A stretch of 64,000 nt of DNA, from the IMG/VR virus record IMGVR_UViG_3300007512_001108, positions 1 through 64,000 of that record; one strand, 5' to 3'. Of the stretch, positions 1-9,599 are shown one piece after another. The DNA comes from a virus. Both the position numbers and the translations under genes were made by a program. Below the pieces are notes generated by a model. That model ran no database searches. It was given only the letters and a program-made list of their open reading frames with translations, and was not told the origin of the DNA. Position 1 is the stretch's first letter. Each line of letters begins with the position of its first letter.

Positions 1-524
1 TACTCTGTTCCTGTACTACCAAATCCACCTACACGGTTTGTTTTCTGTTCAGGTACTATTATACTTTCTTCTAGAGAATAGTCAAGTGTTTTTATTAATT
101 CTCCCTGTGCAATTCTTTCTCCGTGCTTAATGCGAACTTCATCTGCACTTGAATTGTATAGCATAATAAAAGTTTCGTGGTAGTAGTCGCTATCAACGAT
201 TCCTTCACCGTTTGGCATAATCAAACCTTTCTTTAAAGAAATGCTTGAACGAGGATGAAGTCTTACGGAGTATCCTTCTGGAATATCAAAGACCAATCCA
301 GTGGGGACAAGAACTCTCTCTGCGGGGGCGATTGAGAGTTGTAGTTCTTCTATGTCCGACCACTGGATTGTTTCTGGATTTATTTTTTCTTTGTGATTGT
401 CCATTCGGTAGACAGTTACAGGATTGTCAAGATATGCACATATATCAAAACAAGCAGAACCGTCTGTAGCGAATTTGGGGGATATAACTTCGTTATGAAG
501 TTTATAATATTTGAGTTGTTTCAC
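1..524 (-). CDS. dut: Trimeric dUTPase (stop codon falls at the window edge; not in the ORF track)
   Basis: Manual translation from GTG at 524: VKQLKYYKLHNEVISPKFATDGSACFDI...VPTGLVFDIPEGYSVRLHPRSS...GIVDSDY...RIAQGEL...RVGGFGSTG. All five dUTPase motifs are present, with AAGGA upstream. Confidence 0.95.
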   Translation of the reverse strand, partial: MKQLKYYKLHNEVISPKFATDGSACFDICAYLDNPVTVYRMDNHKEKINPETIQWSDIEELQLSIAPAERVLVPTGLVFDIPEGYSVRLHPRSSISLKKGLIMPNGEGIVDSDYYHETFIMLYNSSADEVRIKHGERIAQGELIKTLDYSLEESIIVPEQKTNRVGGFGSTGTE

Positions 525-542
525 TTTCACATTCCTTTACAT

Positions 543-570
543 AATATAGCATAAATTTAATTAAAATCCA
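543..570 (-). promoter_or_regulatory. Possible sigma70-type promoter for dut
   Basis: Minus strand TGGATT-16 nt-TATATT with an extended -10 TGn (TGC TATATT). Confidence 0.4.
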
Positions 571-3500
571 TCAGTTCTTCTAACCCATACGCAGGAGTGT
601 ACATAATTTGGACATCCAGTAGAACCTGCAAGAGTAAATCCTTGTAGGTTTAAGAATACCTGTTGATTAGCACCTGCGGTATTTCCTGTACAGTAAGTAT
701 TTCCACATGTTGCGGCGTGGAAGTTTGTATAACTTCTACTGACTGCCATTCCGCTACAACCCGAAACTGGATTGCTTTGCATTCCTCCAATATATACTGT
801 TCCTGTGCAACCACCACCAGTACCTGTTTCAATACCAATTCGTTCAATTGTAGTTGTATATGGTCTGACATACAATGGATATGCAAGTCCCGTGTTGTCG
901 AAATCATCAGGACAGTGAATATAACCATTAATGAATTCTAAAACCCCAACAGTGTCATTGAATTCAATCATATATGGTCCAGATGTACCAGATACCGTTC
1001 CGAATGAATTTCCAAGATACTGTCCAGGTCCACCACTAAGTCCAACAATCTTATGATAACCACCAGTTCCACCAGAAGCAGTAATTCCTTGAACCTCTGT
1101 GGTGTAATAATATTGTACCCACTGACTATTACCAGTCATTCCGAATGGAGTAATAGTAACTGTACCAGTATTATCAAGATTGTCTAAGAAATCTCCAATG
1201 TATCTACCAGTACCATACTCACCGTTCTCTTCGAAGTTGTCGATGTATAGTTCGGTAGCCTCCATTAAGGAATCTCCTGCACCAGTTCCACCTAACTTAA
1301 AGAAACCGTAAGTTGGGTCTGAATCTGCTGTTCCAGATTTATAATGGAATGAGAATTGATTCGTACCAAGTGATGCGGTAGGTCCTGTGACTGCTGTGTC
1401 TTCGAAACACATCTTCCAAGGAACGACACCAGTGCTGGTTCTATCCATTGGAATGTGGTAATCTCCATAACTTCCGCTTGTGTAACCACCACTTGGTCCC
1501 CAAGTGTCAAGAGTCACACCTTGGAATCTGTGATATCCACCAGTACCTAAAGTATTTCCGTGAACATCATATGTAAATCTTGCCCATAGTTCGGCAGTAC
1601 CACCATTTAATCTTGTGAGTGTAATCTTTCCTGTTTGGTCTAATCCTGAAAGGAAGTCACCATCATATCTTAATCCACTTCCGTTTGGACTATAAGTGTC
1701 GATGTACATTTCGTTGATGGAACGAATATCTACAACAGTTGCACCACCACCAAGAGTAGTATACGCCGCTGAACCACCAGAAACTCCAAAGAATCCTGAA
1801 CCGGGGTCACGCATCGCTGTTGCACCTTGAGTCGCACCGTACCTATAAGTACAAGGATATGCTGGTGCATCTGGATGTGCAGTACTTCCACCACTACCTC
1901 CACCATCTTGTCCTTCATTCCATTCTGGCCAGTATGAAAGTACATATCGTTTACCTTCTTCGAGCATTGCAGTAGCACCACTTGCTCCATTATATGCCCG
2001 TACATGATTTCCTATAGTGTAATCATCAAAGTGCATCCAAGCGAAGGCGCCGATGGGCCCCTGATTTTCCCACCTACCCGAATACCAATAATTTACCCAT
2101 ACATCGGAAGTGATTCCTGAGAAATCCTCTGGTCGAATCATGACATTTCCTCTGCTCGGTAATGCTTGCATTTCATACCAAAGATTGCGATTACACGGAC
2201 CTGCTTCCCATTCGCTGGTAATTATTTGTTCTATTTGACCAAATGTTCCACCCGCATCAACGGTATTTTGGGTCAACCAAAATCCACCAGTACCTAAACA
2301 GTATCCCTGTCCTGGTCCACTGTTACATCCCCCATAACCTGAACAAGTCGATGCTCCTGTAACTCCTCTGAATTCGAAGGTGAAGTGGTATGGTTCACAG
2401 GTGTATCCTGCAACATTTTCAAAACACATTTTCCAAGGTACGACACCTGCACCACTTCTTTCTAGTGGAATATGGAAATCTCCATAACTTCCACTGGTAT
2501 ATCCACCAGATGGTCCCCACGCGGCAAGTGTCATTCCAGATAAGATTCTATATCCACCACTTCCACCTGTACCTGCGTGATAAGTGTAGTTGTACTTAGC
2601 CCATAGTTCAGATGTTGCACCCGCTAATCTTGTTAGTGTTACTTGACCTGTTTGTGATAATGAATCAAGGAAGTCACCATCGTATCTTAATCCACTTCCG
2701 TTTGGACTATAGTTGTCTATATAAAGTCCATTAATATAACGAATGTCTGCGACTGTTGCACCACCACCTAAAGTTGTATATCCAACTGATGCTCCAGAAA
2801 CTCCAAAGAATCCTTCGCCTGGGTCACGCATCGCTGTAGCACCCTGAGTCGCACCATATCTGTAAGTACAAGGATATGCTGGCGCGTCTGGATGTGCTGT
2901 AGCACCATCACCACTTTCTCCACCACCTTCATATGGATTGCACAACCATGTGGTAAAACGAACATTATATCGTTTTCCTATTTCTAGCATTGCTGTTGAA
3001 CCGCTGGCACTATTGTAATATGCTACTTGATTTCCATTTTGTAGATACCAATCATCCATCGAAAAGTGATGTAAACCACCACCAGAAGCAGTATGCCAAT
3101 TACCATGTGGAGTATTATACCATAAACCAACATATGCACCATCATATCCATTTACATAGTCTTCTGGTAAAATATCAATTCTTCCACAATTTGGAAGTCC
3201 CTGATACATAGTTGCTAAATCTCTAGAACAGGGGGATGCTTCATGTTGGTCTAGTAATACTTGGTTTACATCAGCAAATGTAGCACCACCAGTATCACCG
3301 ACAGTTGAAAGATATCTAAACCACATATCACCAGTAGCAGGTAAACTACCACCTGCATGCATTTGACTGTATGTATTGGTAGTTAATCCTCTGAATGTGA
3401 AAGTGTAATCACTTCCACATGTCGCTTCGATGCTGTTAAAAGTTAGAATTGATTTTTGTATTTCGTATACCGTAGTAGCAGTTGCTCCGTTTGGTCCGAA

Positions 3501-4799
3501 TGCATCAAGTGTCATTCCAGTAAATCTTACATATCCATCTTCACCAGTTCCACCAGAAACAGAAAATGCTGAATAATTATATCTTACCCATGTATTAGTT
3601 GCTGTATTTCCATATAAACCACGGAGTGTAATTTGACCAATTGTGTTTAGTGAAGATAAGAAAGGATTGTCGTTAATAAATCCTTCATTACTAGGCGCCA
3701 TATTATTCACATACAGTTCTGAAATTGTGTCTACATTGACGACTGCATAATCAGCACCTATAGCCGGGTTAACTACTCCACCAGATGCACCACTTCCACC
3801 AAGAGCAAACCTTGAAATACCAAAACCACCTGCGACTGTTCCTTCTAATGTAAATCCTAACCATCGGGGGACACCGTATCTCCTGATATGAGGATATGTT
3901 GGAGAAGGCGGGTCTTGTGTTGTACCGTCATCACCAGAATTACCACCACTACCACCAGAAACTCCATCACCACCTTCTGCACAGAAAGGATAGAATCTAA
4001 CTTCATATTCATTACCAGTAATAAATGCGGCACTTCCACCAGATGGTCCATCATAAGAATGTAATGCTTCGTTTTGGTCTATAACAAAGGTTTCATACCC
4101 TGCGGAAATTCCTCCGCTTTGTGTGAATCCACCAATATTATAGTGTTCTGAATAGTAGAATCTTGCCCATGCTTGGTTTGAACCAGACCACCCTTGAGGA
4201 AAAATATCAATTCTTCCGCAATAGGGAAGATTACTCATATAAGTACTCCAATTGCGGTTGCATGGGGTGTCTTCCCATCCATTGATTACAAGTTTATCTA
4301 GGTTCATAAATGTGCAACCAGAATCGTTTGCATCATCTATACTCCAGAATTTACCTTTTGTATAAAATCCTTGTGAGTCCTCTGTTCCACCACCATATTT
4401 GAAGTTAATTGCAGAACCGCAACCAGTTGCACCAGTACCACCAGTACCACCAGTACTTGCATCAGTAGAAACTTTTGTTGTTTTACCAGATTGTGAAGAT
4501 AAACTTAAACGAGTTTGTCTTTTAAAGGAGAGTTCACCATCATTGTCCATAGAAAGTTTTGCTTCTTTACCATCAGCAGACATCATATAAATTGAACCTG
4601 TACCAATGTACAGGTTTCTGAAGTAATTTGCAGTGTTTCCTAAGTCATAGGTGTCTACTGATAGAGGAACAACATGACTTGTTTCAAGAGTACCACCAAT
4701 GGATATTCCAGTGTTTGCTGTTAATGTTCCCGCGGGTCCAGTTGGTCCTTCGGGTCCTCTTGGTCCTGGTGTTCCTGGTCCGTTTACTGATATTGCCAT
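561..4799 (-). CDS. Large modular Gly/Thr-rich virion-associated (fibre/decoration) protein
   Basis: 1412 aa with a short collagen-like GxY start (GPRGPEGPTGPAG), a YDLG-x5-FRNLY fibre motif and internally repeated ~165 aa modules. Confidence 0.6.
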   Translation of the reverse strand: MAISVNGPGTPGPRGPEGPTGPAGTLTANTGISIGGTLETSHVVPLSVDTYDLGNTANYFRNLYIGTGSIYMMSADGKEAKLSMDNDGELSFKRQTRLSLSSQSGKTTKVSTDASTGGTGGTGATGCGSAINFKYGGGTEDSQGFYTKGKFWSIDDANDSGCTFMNLDKLVINGWEDTPCNRNWSTYMSNLPYCGRIDIFPQGWSGSNQAWARFYYSEHYNIGGFTQSGGISAGYETFVIDQNEALHSYDGPSGGSAAFITGNEYEVRFYPFCAEGGDGVSGGSGGNSGDDGTTQDPPSPTYPHIRRYGVPRWLGFTLEGTVAGGFGISRFALGGSGASGGVVNPAIGADYAVVNVDTISELYVNNMAPSNEGFINDNPFLSSLNTIGQITLRGLYGNTATNTWVRYNYSAFSVSGGTGEDGYVRFTGMTLDAFGPNGATATTVYEIQKSILTFNSIEATCGSDYTFTFRGLTTNTYSQMHAGGSLPATGDMWFRYLSTVGDTGGATFADVNQVLLDQHEASPCSRDLATMYQGLPNCGRIDILPEDYVNGYDGAYVGLWYNTPHGNWHTASGGGLHHFSMDDWYLQNGNQVAYYNSASGSTAMLEIGKRYNVRFTTWLCNPYEGGGESGDGATAHPDAPAYPCTYRYGATQGATAMRDPGEGFFGVSGASVGYTTLGGGATVADIRYINGLYIDNYSPNGSGLRYDGDFLDSLSQTGQVTLTRLAGATSELWAKYNYTYHAGTGGSGGYRILSGMTLAAWGPSGGYTSGSYGDFHIPLERSGAGVVPWKMCFENVAGYTCEPYHFTFEFRGVTGASTCSGYGGCNSGPGQGYCLGTGGFWLTQNTVDAGGTFGQIEQIITSEWEAGPCNRNLWYEMQALPSRGNVMIRPEDFSGITSDVWVNYWYSGRWENQGPIGAFAWMHFDDYTIGNHVRAYNGASGATAMLEEGKRYVLSYWPEWNEGQDGGGSGGSTAHPDAPAYPCTYRYGATQGATAMRDPGSGFFGVSGGSAAYTTLGGGATVVDIRSINEMYIDTYSPNGSGLRYDGDFLSGLDQTGKITLTRLNGGTAELWARFTYDVHGNTLGTGGYHRFQGVTLDTWGPSGGYTSGSYGDYHIPMDRTSTGVVPWKMCFEDTAVTGPTASLGTNQFSFHYKSGTADSDPTYGFFKLGGTGAGDSLMEATELYIDNFEENGEYGTGRYIGDFLDNLDNTGTVTITPFGMTGNSQWVQYYYTTEVQGITASGGTGGYHKIVGLSGGPGQYLGNSFGTVSGTSGPYMIEFNDTVGVLEFINGYIHCPDDFDNTGLAYPLYVRPYTTTIERIGIETGTGGGCTGTVYIGGMQSNPVSGCSGMAVSRSYTNFHAATCGNTYCTGNTAGANQQVFLNLQGFTLAGSTGCPNYVHSCVWVRRTDGF
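1399..2900. repeat. Intragenic direct repeat (~485 bp units at 1399-1883 and 2416-2900)
   Basis: Both copies encode AHPDAPAYPCTYRYGATQGATAMRDPG...SPNGSGLRYDGDFL...GVVPWKMCFE, with a constant offset of 1017 bp. Confidence 0.9.
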
Positions 4800-4818
4800 T
4801 TTCCTTCTCTCCCGATGA

Positions 4819-5274
4819 TTACCTTGTTACTGAACCGTTTACTTCAAATCTTCCCTGTATAAATCTTACTATAGAAGTTCCCGAATTTAATTCTAAATCA
4901 TAAAAATGTCTACCTGAAGGAATATAATTACTGCTAGTAGAATCTATTTCTATAAGAACTCCTCCACTCATACCTGTTCCACCTGTTGATGTTACTCCTA
5001 GTTTAATTCCACCAACACCTGCAACACCAGAACCTTGTGTAAATTCACCAGTTGAACCACCACTGGTTACTCCTCTGGTGTGTGCATTTCCACTAGAATC
5101 GACTGTGCTTCCGTGCAAACTCAATACCTTTTTATCCGCAATAATAGACCTTCTTACATCCATTTTTGCGGTATATTGTGTCAAATCTACACTGTTACCG
5201 TTATTATCTGTCCATTCCATATGATATGAAAATGATGTTCCTTGGTCTATAATTATATCAACTTCTGATGCCAT
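4819..5274 (-). CDS. Conserved phage protein, probably virion-associated
   Basis: IIIDQGTSF...DLTQYTAKMDVR...GRHFYDLEL...RFIQGRFEV pattern resembles small structural-region proteins of marine T4-like phages. AGAGG SD; contains a Gly/Thr insert. Confidence 0.5.
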   Translation of the reverse strand: MASEVDIIIDQGTSFSYHMEWTDNNGNSVDLTQYTAKMDVRRSIIADKKVLSLHGSTVDSSGNAHTRGVTSGGSTGEFTQGSGVAGVGGIKLGVTSTGGTGMSGGVLIEIDSTSSNYIPSGRHFYDLELNSGTSIVRFIQGRFEVNGSVTR

Positions 5275-5322
5275 TTATTTCCTCTTTTATTATATAAATA
5301 TATTCCAAATATGTAGGTTTTT

Positions 5323-6672
5323 TTACTTTTTTACCTTCTTTCTTTTCTTATATTTAGTCTTTGGAGAACTCATTTTTGTACTTTTCTTTGGGGTGTTTTT
5401 CTTTTTTTGTTTCAATTCTTTCTTCTTTTTAGATTCTTCCATTTTATACATTACATCTCTTTGATGCTTTCTTTGTTGTTCTTGGAATTGAGATTTTTGA
5501 ATCTCATCAACTTTTTGATTATACATTTTAAGATTATTATCAATTCTTTCCTTTTCGGTGTCTGGGAATATATTATCTTCAAGAAGTTTTTTACAAGCAA
5601 TTTGACCACCTATGTAATCGTGACTATAAAAAGCAGTTGCCGCTAATTCGTCTAATGATTGCCATTTATACACATCATCGGATATAAAGAGAATATCGTG
5701 TTCTGGATATGGTATTTGACATGCTCTTTGAGCAAATAAATATGCGTGATTAAATTTTCCTGCTTGTCTATACAGTCTTGATAATTGATGTAAAGGTTCT
5801 GCACGAATTGGACGATATGCATATGCATCTAAGAATTTTTGTTGTATTGTTTCCCAAGGTTCATCCTTCAATACAGAACAGATTGCAACACGGAATAAAG
5901 AGTAATATGCTTCTTCTTCCCACCCACCAAGTTCTGCTCTCTTTTGATATGCTTCCATTGCATTGTCTACTTGCTGTGAATCAAAATATGATTGAGCAAG
6001 ATAGAACCAGTAACGATGATTGTCTGGGTCATAATATGGACTGTCTTCGTTGGTAACAGCATCAAGAAGCATATCAGCATCTCTTGAATACTTTTCTACA
6101 GGGTCTATACCTACATTTCTTGCACCCAATGTTCGTGCTTCGATGTGGTAATCTCCATAAACTCTTTGTTGGGAAAATGGTTTCTTATCACAATCAGCAT
6201 ATTCGTGGAGAATTCCAGTATAGTGCCAACCAATTCCTGTTTTGAATATTTGATTTCTCCACCAAGTAAAATCACCTCTCTGAATACACAAAGAATAAAC
6301 ATCATACTGTTTCATATTGGGTGGAAATTGGAAATCCCCATCAACAAAGTCATCCGCATCGATAACCCAAGCAAAGTCTGCTTTACCATCACAATTACGA
6401 AGTGATTCAGTTCTACTACCAATTCCTTTTGGAGAATCACCAAACCCTTTCCAATCTGAACGATATACTTTGCCTGGAACTCCATTCTTTTCCATAAACT
6501 TTTCTATCAGTTCGGGAGTTCCGTCAGTAGAACCTGTATCTGTGATATCATACCTATCGATATAAGGAAGCATAGACCTTAGACACTCTTCGATAATATG
6601 TGTTTCGTCTTTTACAATCATACAAAGAGTAATTGTAATATCTGGTGGTGTTATTTTTTTCACTTTACTCAT
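5323..6672 (-). CDS. GT2 glycosyltransferase with C-terminal TPR repeats
   Basis: LCMIVKDE...DTGSTDGT...IDADD (DxD)...LHEY, followed by TPR helices (WFYLAQSYFD, AEPLHQLSRLYR). Confidence 0.9.
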   Translation of the reverse strand: MSKVKKITPPDITITLCMIVKDETHIIEECLRSMLPYIDRYDITDTGSTDGTPELIEKFMEKNGVPGKVYRSDWKGFGDSPKGIGSRTESLRNCDGKADFAWVIDADDFVDGDFQFPPNMKQYDVYSLCIQRGDFTWWRNQIFKTGIGWHYTGILHEYADCDKKPFSQQRVYGDYHIEARTLGARNVGIDPVEKYSRDADMLLDAVTNEDSPYYDPDNHRYWFYLAQSYFDSQQVDNAMEAYQKRAELGGWEEEAYYSLFRVAICSVLKDEPWETIQQKFLDAYAYRPIRAEPLHQLSRLYRQAGKFNHAYLFAQRACQIPYPEHDILFISDDVYKWQSLDELAATAFYSHDYIGGQIACKKLLEDNIFPDTEKERIDNNLKMYNQKVDEIQKSQFQEQQRKHQRDVMYKMEESKKKKELKQKKKNTPKKSTKMSSPKTKYKKRKKVKK

Positions 6673-6673
6673 A

Positions 6674-7522
6674 TCAAACTTCTTCCTTTTCTTTTAATAC
6701 AGCAGATTCGAAATCTGCCCAATCCCATTTATTTCTATAATTTTTATTCTGTTCCCAAATAGACTTTAAAATGATAGGGTCTAACTTATATTCTTCCATA
6801 GTATGTATTAGAGAATTTATATCTTTTGGGAAACAAGTTCCTCCAAATCCATAATTTCCATCTGGTCCTGGAACATCATAATGACTGTTCCCTATTCTGT
6901 TATCAGAAATTACACCCTTTACAATTGTATCGTAATTGATATTATTTATTTCGTCTACTAAAACTCTCATTTCGTTGAATATCATTACTTTTGATGCAAG
7001 AAAACAATTTGCAAAGTATTTTACACATTCTGATTCTGTTGATTTCATTGTAATTACTGGTATATCTGGAAAACACATTCTATAAAAGTCGTAAAGTGGT
7101 TCTATCCATTTTTTCTTTCCGCCAATTACATGTCTGTCTGCATTTATAAAATCTTCATTTGCTTTTGCCGCTGTCAAAAATTCTGGATTATGAATTATTT
7201 TTAGATGTGGATATTTTTCTCTCAACCTTTCTGTTGTTCCGATTGGAACGGTAGACTTAATTATGAAAATACCCTCACATATTGAAGGTAGTGTCGAAAA
7301 GAATTTTTCAACGATGGAAAGGTTGCACTTACCCCCTTCTATATCTACCATTGGTGTTGGAAGACAAACAAAAACAAATTCAGAAAATACTGCATCGTTA
7401 TAGTGGTGTGTACATCTTTCTGGTAGCGAATCATATATTCTAATATCTGCAAAATCCTTTAATCCGTTTGCAACTGCTCCTCCAACAAATCCATTTCCTA
7501 TAATTCCTATTGTTTTTTTCAT
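6674..7522 (-). CDS. ugd: UDP-glucose/GDP-mannose 6-dehydrogenase family (short phage form)
   Basis: GNGFVG, CLPTP, IKSTVPIGT, NPEFL, KYFANCFLASK and catalytic GGTCFPKD. Confidence 0.9.
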   Translation of the reverse strand: MKKTIGIIGNGFVGGAVANGLKDFADIRIYDSLPERCTHHYNDAVFSEFVFVCLPTPMVDIEGGKCNLSIVEKFFSTLPSICEGIFIIKSTVPIGTTERLREKYPHLKIIHNPEFLTAAKANEDFINADRHVIGGKKKWIEPLYDFYRMCFPDIPVITMKSTESECVKYFANCFLASKVMIFNEMRVLVDEINNINYDTIVKGVISDNRIGNSHYDVPGPDGNYGFGGTCFPKDINSLIHTMEEYKLDPIILKSIWEQNKNYRNKWDWADFESAVLKEKEEV

Positions 7523-8469
7523 TGTATATAATCTTTCAAATGTTTAACAAATCCCACTGGTGTAAAATATTCTTTCCATATATTTCTATTTTTTACTTGT
7601 ATCTCTAAAATCCTACTTGCACTAAGATTTTTATGATAATCTACTAATATGTCTACAATATTATTTATATCTGATTCTGGTATAATTAATGCTTGTTCTT
7701 TCCAATCTATAATATTTTCATATGGTAATACACAGTCTGTATCTAATAATACTGGTATTCTTCCGTGAGATAAAACTTCTCCAAATCTAAAGGAAAAATT
7801 ACCTGCTCCTCTACAACAAAAACCATATAATGAATTTCTTATATTTGAATTGAATTCTTGTATTGCAATATGCTTTGGAATTCCTGGCGCCCAAAATCCA
7901 TTTCTTATAATAAAGTTAGTTTGTACCAAATCAGATTCGTGTAATAATCTAAGTCCTTCTACTCTGGTAGGGTGTGTAAGTCCACCACAAAACGAAATAT
8001 CTGGTTTTTCGTTTTTAAATTGTGATGTATTGCTTTGAAAGAAATCTGCACAGAATGGAGGTATTGCATATTCGTTTTTCTTTTTTGTGGATTTATAAAA
8101 TGATGTTCTGAGAATAATACACTCATCTCCTAATGGTAGTTCCTCTGCGGAATCGTCATTAAATATTACCATTATTTTCTTTCCAGCAGATTTTGCTTCT
8201 TCAATATACGGAGTAGCATCTGAATGTCCATATTTAAACGGAAGTAAGACCAAATCACAATCTTCAATAGAAGTTAATTTAATATAATTTTTTGCATCTC
8301 TTATAAGAATTTCAAAAACTGGTTTTCTATTATCTGGTGTATCATCTCGATTCAGATATTTGTGTTGTTGTTTTTCTGTTAGAAATGGAACAACTGCTGG
8401 CAATTCTCCTGTTGCACACAACCAATCGTCATTGAAGTTTTTTAAATTGATATAAACTTTAGTTTTCAT
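7519..8469 (-). CDS. Exostosin-like (GT47) glycosyltransferase
   Basis: ISFCG...SLYGFCCRGAGNFSFRFGEVLSHGRIPV...LPYENIIDW. Confidence 0.8.
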   Translation of the reverse strand: MKTKVYINLKNFNDDWLCATGELPAVVPFLTEKQQHKYLNRDDTPDNRKPVFEILIRDAKNYIKLTSIEDCDLVLLPFKYGHSDATPYIEEAKSAGKKIMVIFNDDSAEELPLGDECIILRTSFYKSTKKKNEYAIPPFCADFFQSNTSQFKNEKPDISFCGGLTHPTRVEGLRLLHESDLVQTNFIIRNGFWAPGIPKHIAIQEFNSNIRNSLYGFCCRGAGNFSFRFGEVLSHGRIPVLLDTDCVLPYENIIDWKEQALIIPESDINNIVDILVDYHKNLSASRILEIQVKNRNIWKEYFTPVGFVKHLKDYIQ

Positions 8470-9599
8470 AACGCATTTAACTCTTTACACAACACTTGTA
8501 CCATCTCTGGTGTTACATCTTTATGGTTTCCAACATAAATACAATTCTTATGAATTTCATTGACATTTTTATCAAATATGTCTTGCTTTATCTTATCCAT
8601 AAATGGATGTTCATATAGATTTCCTGCAATACAGGGACGATACTCAACACCAATTTCTTTTAATTTGTCTTTAATTTGTTGTAGATTATTTCTTCTTGTG
8701 AAAATAGGAAATGCAAAATTACTACATCCTGTCGAAACAAAGTCTGTTTTATAAAGATTGTTATCAAGATTTTTGATAAATGTATAATAATTATCATTCC
8801 TGTGTTTAATAGATTCATCTAGATGTGGAAGTTGCATCAAACCAAGTTTTGCGTGTAAGTCTGTGTTTCTTACATTAAATCCATCACGCAAGAAAGTAAA
8901 CAGAGGGTCTACTCTATCGCACTTTCTTTTTTCTTGTTCTTCTTTTGGAAGTTCTCTCAAAAGTCCGTGTGAACGAAGAAGCAACATTTCATGATACAAA
9001 TCTTTATCATCTGTACAAATCATACCACCTTCAATTGTTGTCATGTGGTGTCCATAATAAAAAGAAAATGAAGAAGCAATACCGTGCGTTCCTACTTTCT
9101 TTCCTTTAAACTCTGCACCGTGGGACTCACAACAATCTTCTATCAATCCGACTCTATACTTAGAACATAATTCGAGCAACTCATCTGACAGTGCAGAGAA
9201 TCCTAAAAGATGTGTAAGAAGTAAATAGTTTGGTCTTTGCGTCTTGAAAATATATTCCAAGTTATCCAAGTCAGGACCAAAGTTAGTCAAGTCTACATCA
9301 CATAATTGTAAATTTGAAAATTGTATGATGGGAGAAACAGCAGTAGACCAAGTACATGCTTGAGATATCCATTTAGTTCTAGCAACACCATCTGACAATG
9401 CTCTTGCTATAAGAAGATTTGCGGATGAACCAGAATTGACATAAACAGAATATTTACAACCCAACCATTCTGACCATTCTTTTTCAAATTGTCTAACAAC
9501 ATTACCCTGAGTTATTTTACTTGAGTTACAAACAAAATCTCCAAGAACATTTCGTTCTTCTTGAGTAATTGCATCATCTGTCATCAATTTCCAATTCAT
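8466..9599 (-). CDS. colD: GDP-4-keto-6-deoxymannose 3-dehydratase, ColD-type (DegT family)
   Basis: VNSGSSANLL, EDCCESHGA and SFYYGHHMTTIEGG (His at the catalytic Lys position); lacks the Cys-rich Fe-S insert of RfbH/E1. Confidence 0.75.
   Translation of the reverse strand: MNWKLMTDDAITQEERNVLGDFVCNSSKITQGNVVRQFEKEWSEWLGCKYSVYVNSGSSANLLIARALSDGVARTKWISQACTWSTAVSPIIQFSNLQLCDVDLTNFGPDLDNLEYIFKTQRPNYLLLTHLLGFSALSDELLELCSKYRVGLIEDCCESHGAEFKGKKVGTHGIASSFSFYYGHHMTTIEGGMICTDDKDLYHEMLLLRSHGLLRELPKEEQEKRKCDRVDPLFTFLRDGFNVRNTDLHAKLGLMQLPHLDESIKHRNDNYYTFIKNLDNNLYKTDFVSTGCSNFAFPIFTRRNNLQQIKDKLKEIGVEYRPCIAGNLYEHPFMDKIKQDIFDKNVNEIHKNCIYVGNHKDVTPEMVQVLCKELNAL

Noticed and set aside
245-469. Plus-strand 74 aa ORF
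   Set aside because: It is the antisense shadow of the dUTPase gene.
1399-2900. Diversity-generating retroelement TR/VR pair
   Set aside because: Both copies are in-frame domains of one gene, the differences do not look adenine-specific, and no reverse transcriptase is in the window.
5293-5300. Plus-strand TATAAATA (possible antisense late promoter)
   Set aside because: It lies in a very AT-rich spacer with no plus-strand gene downstream, so chance occurrence is likely.
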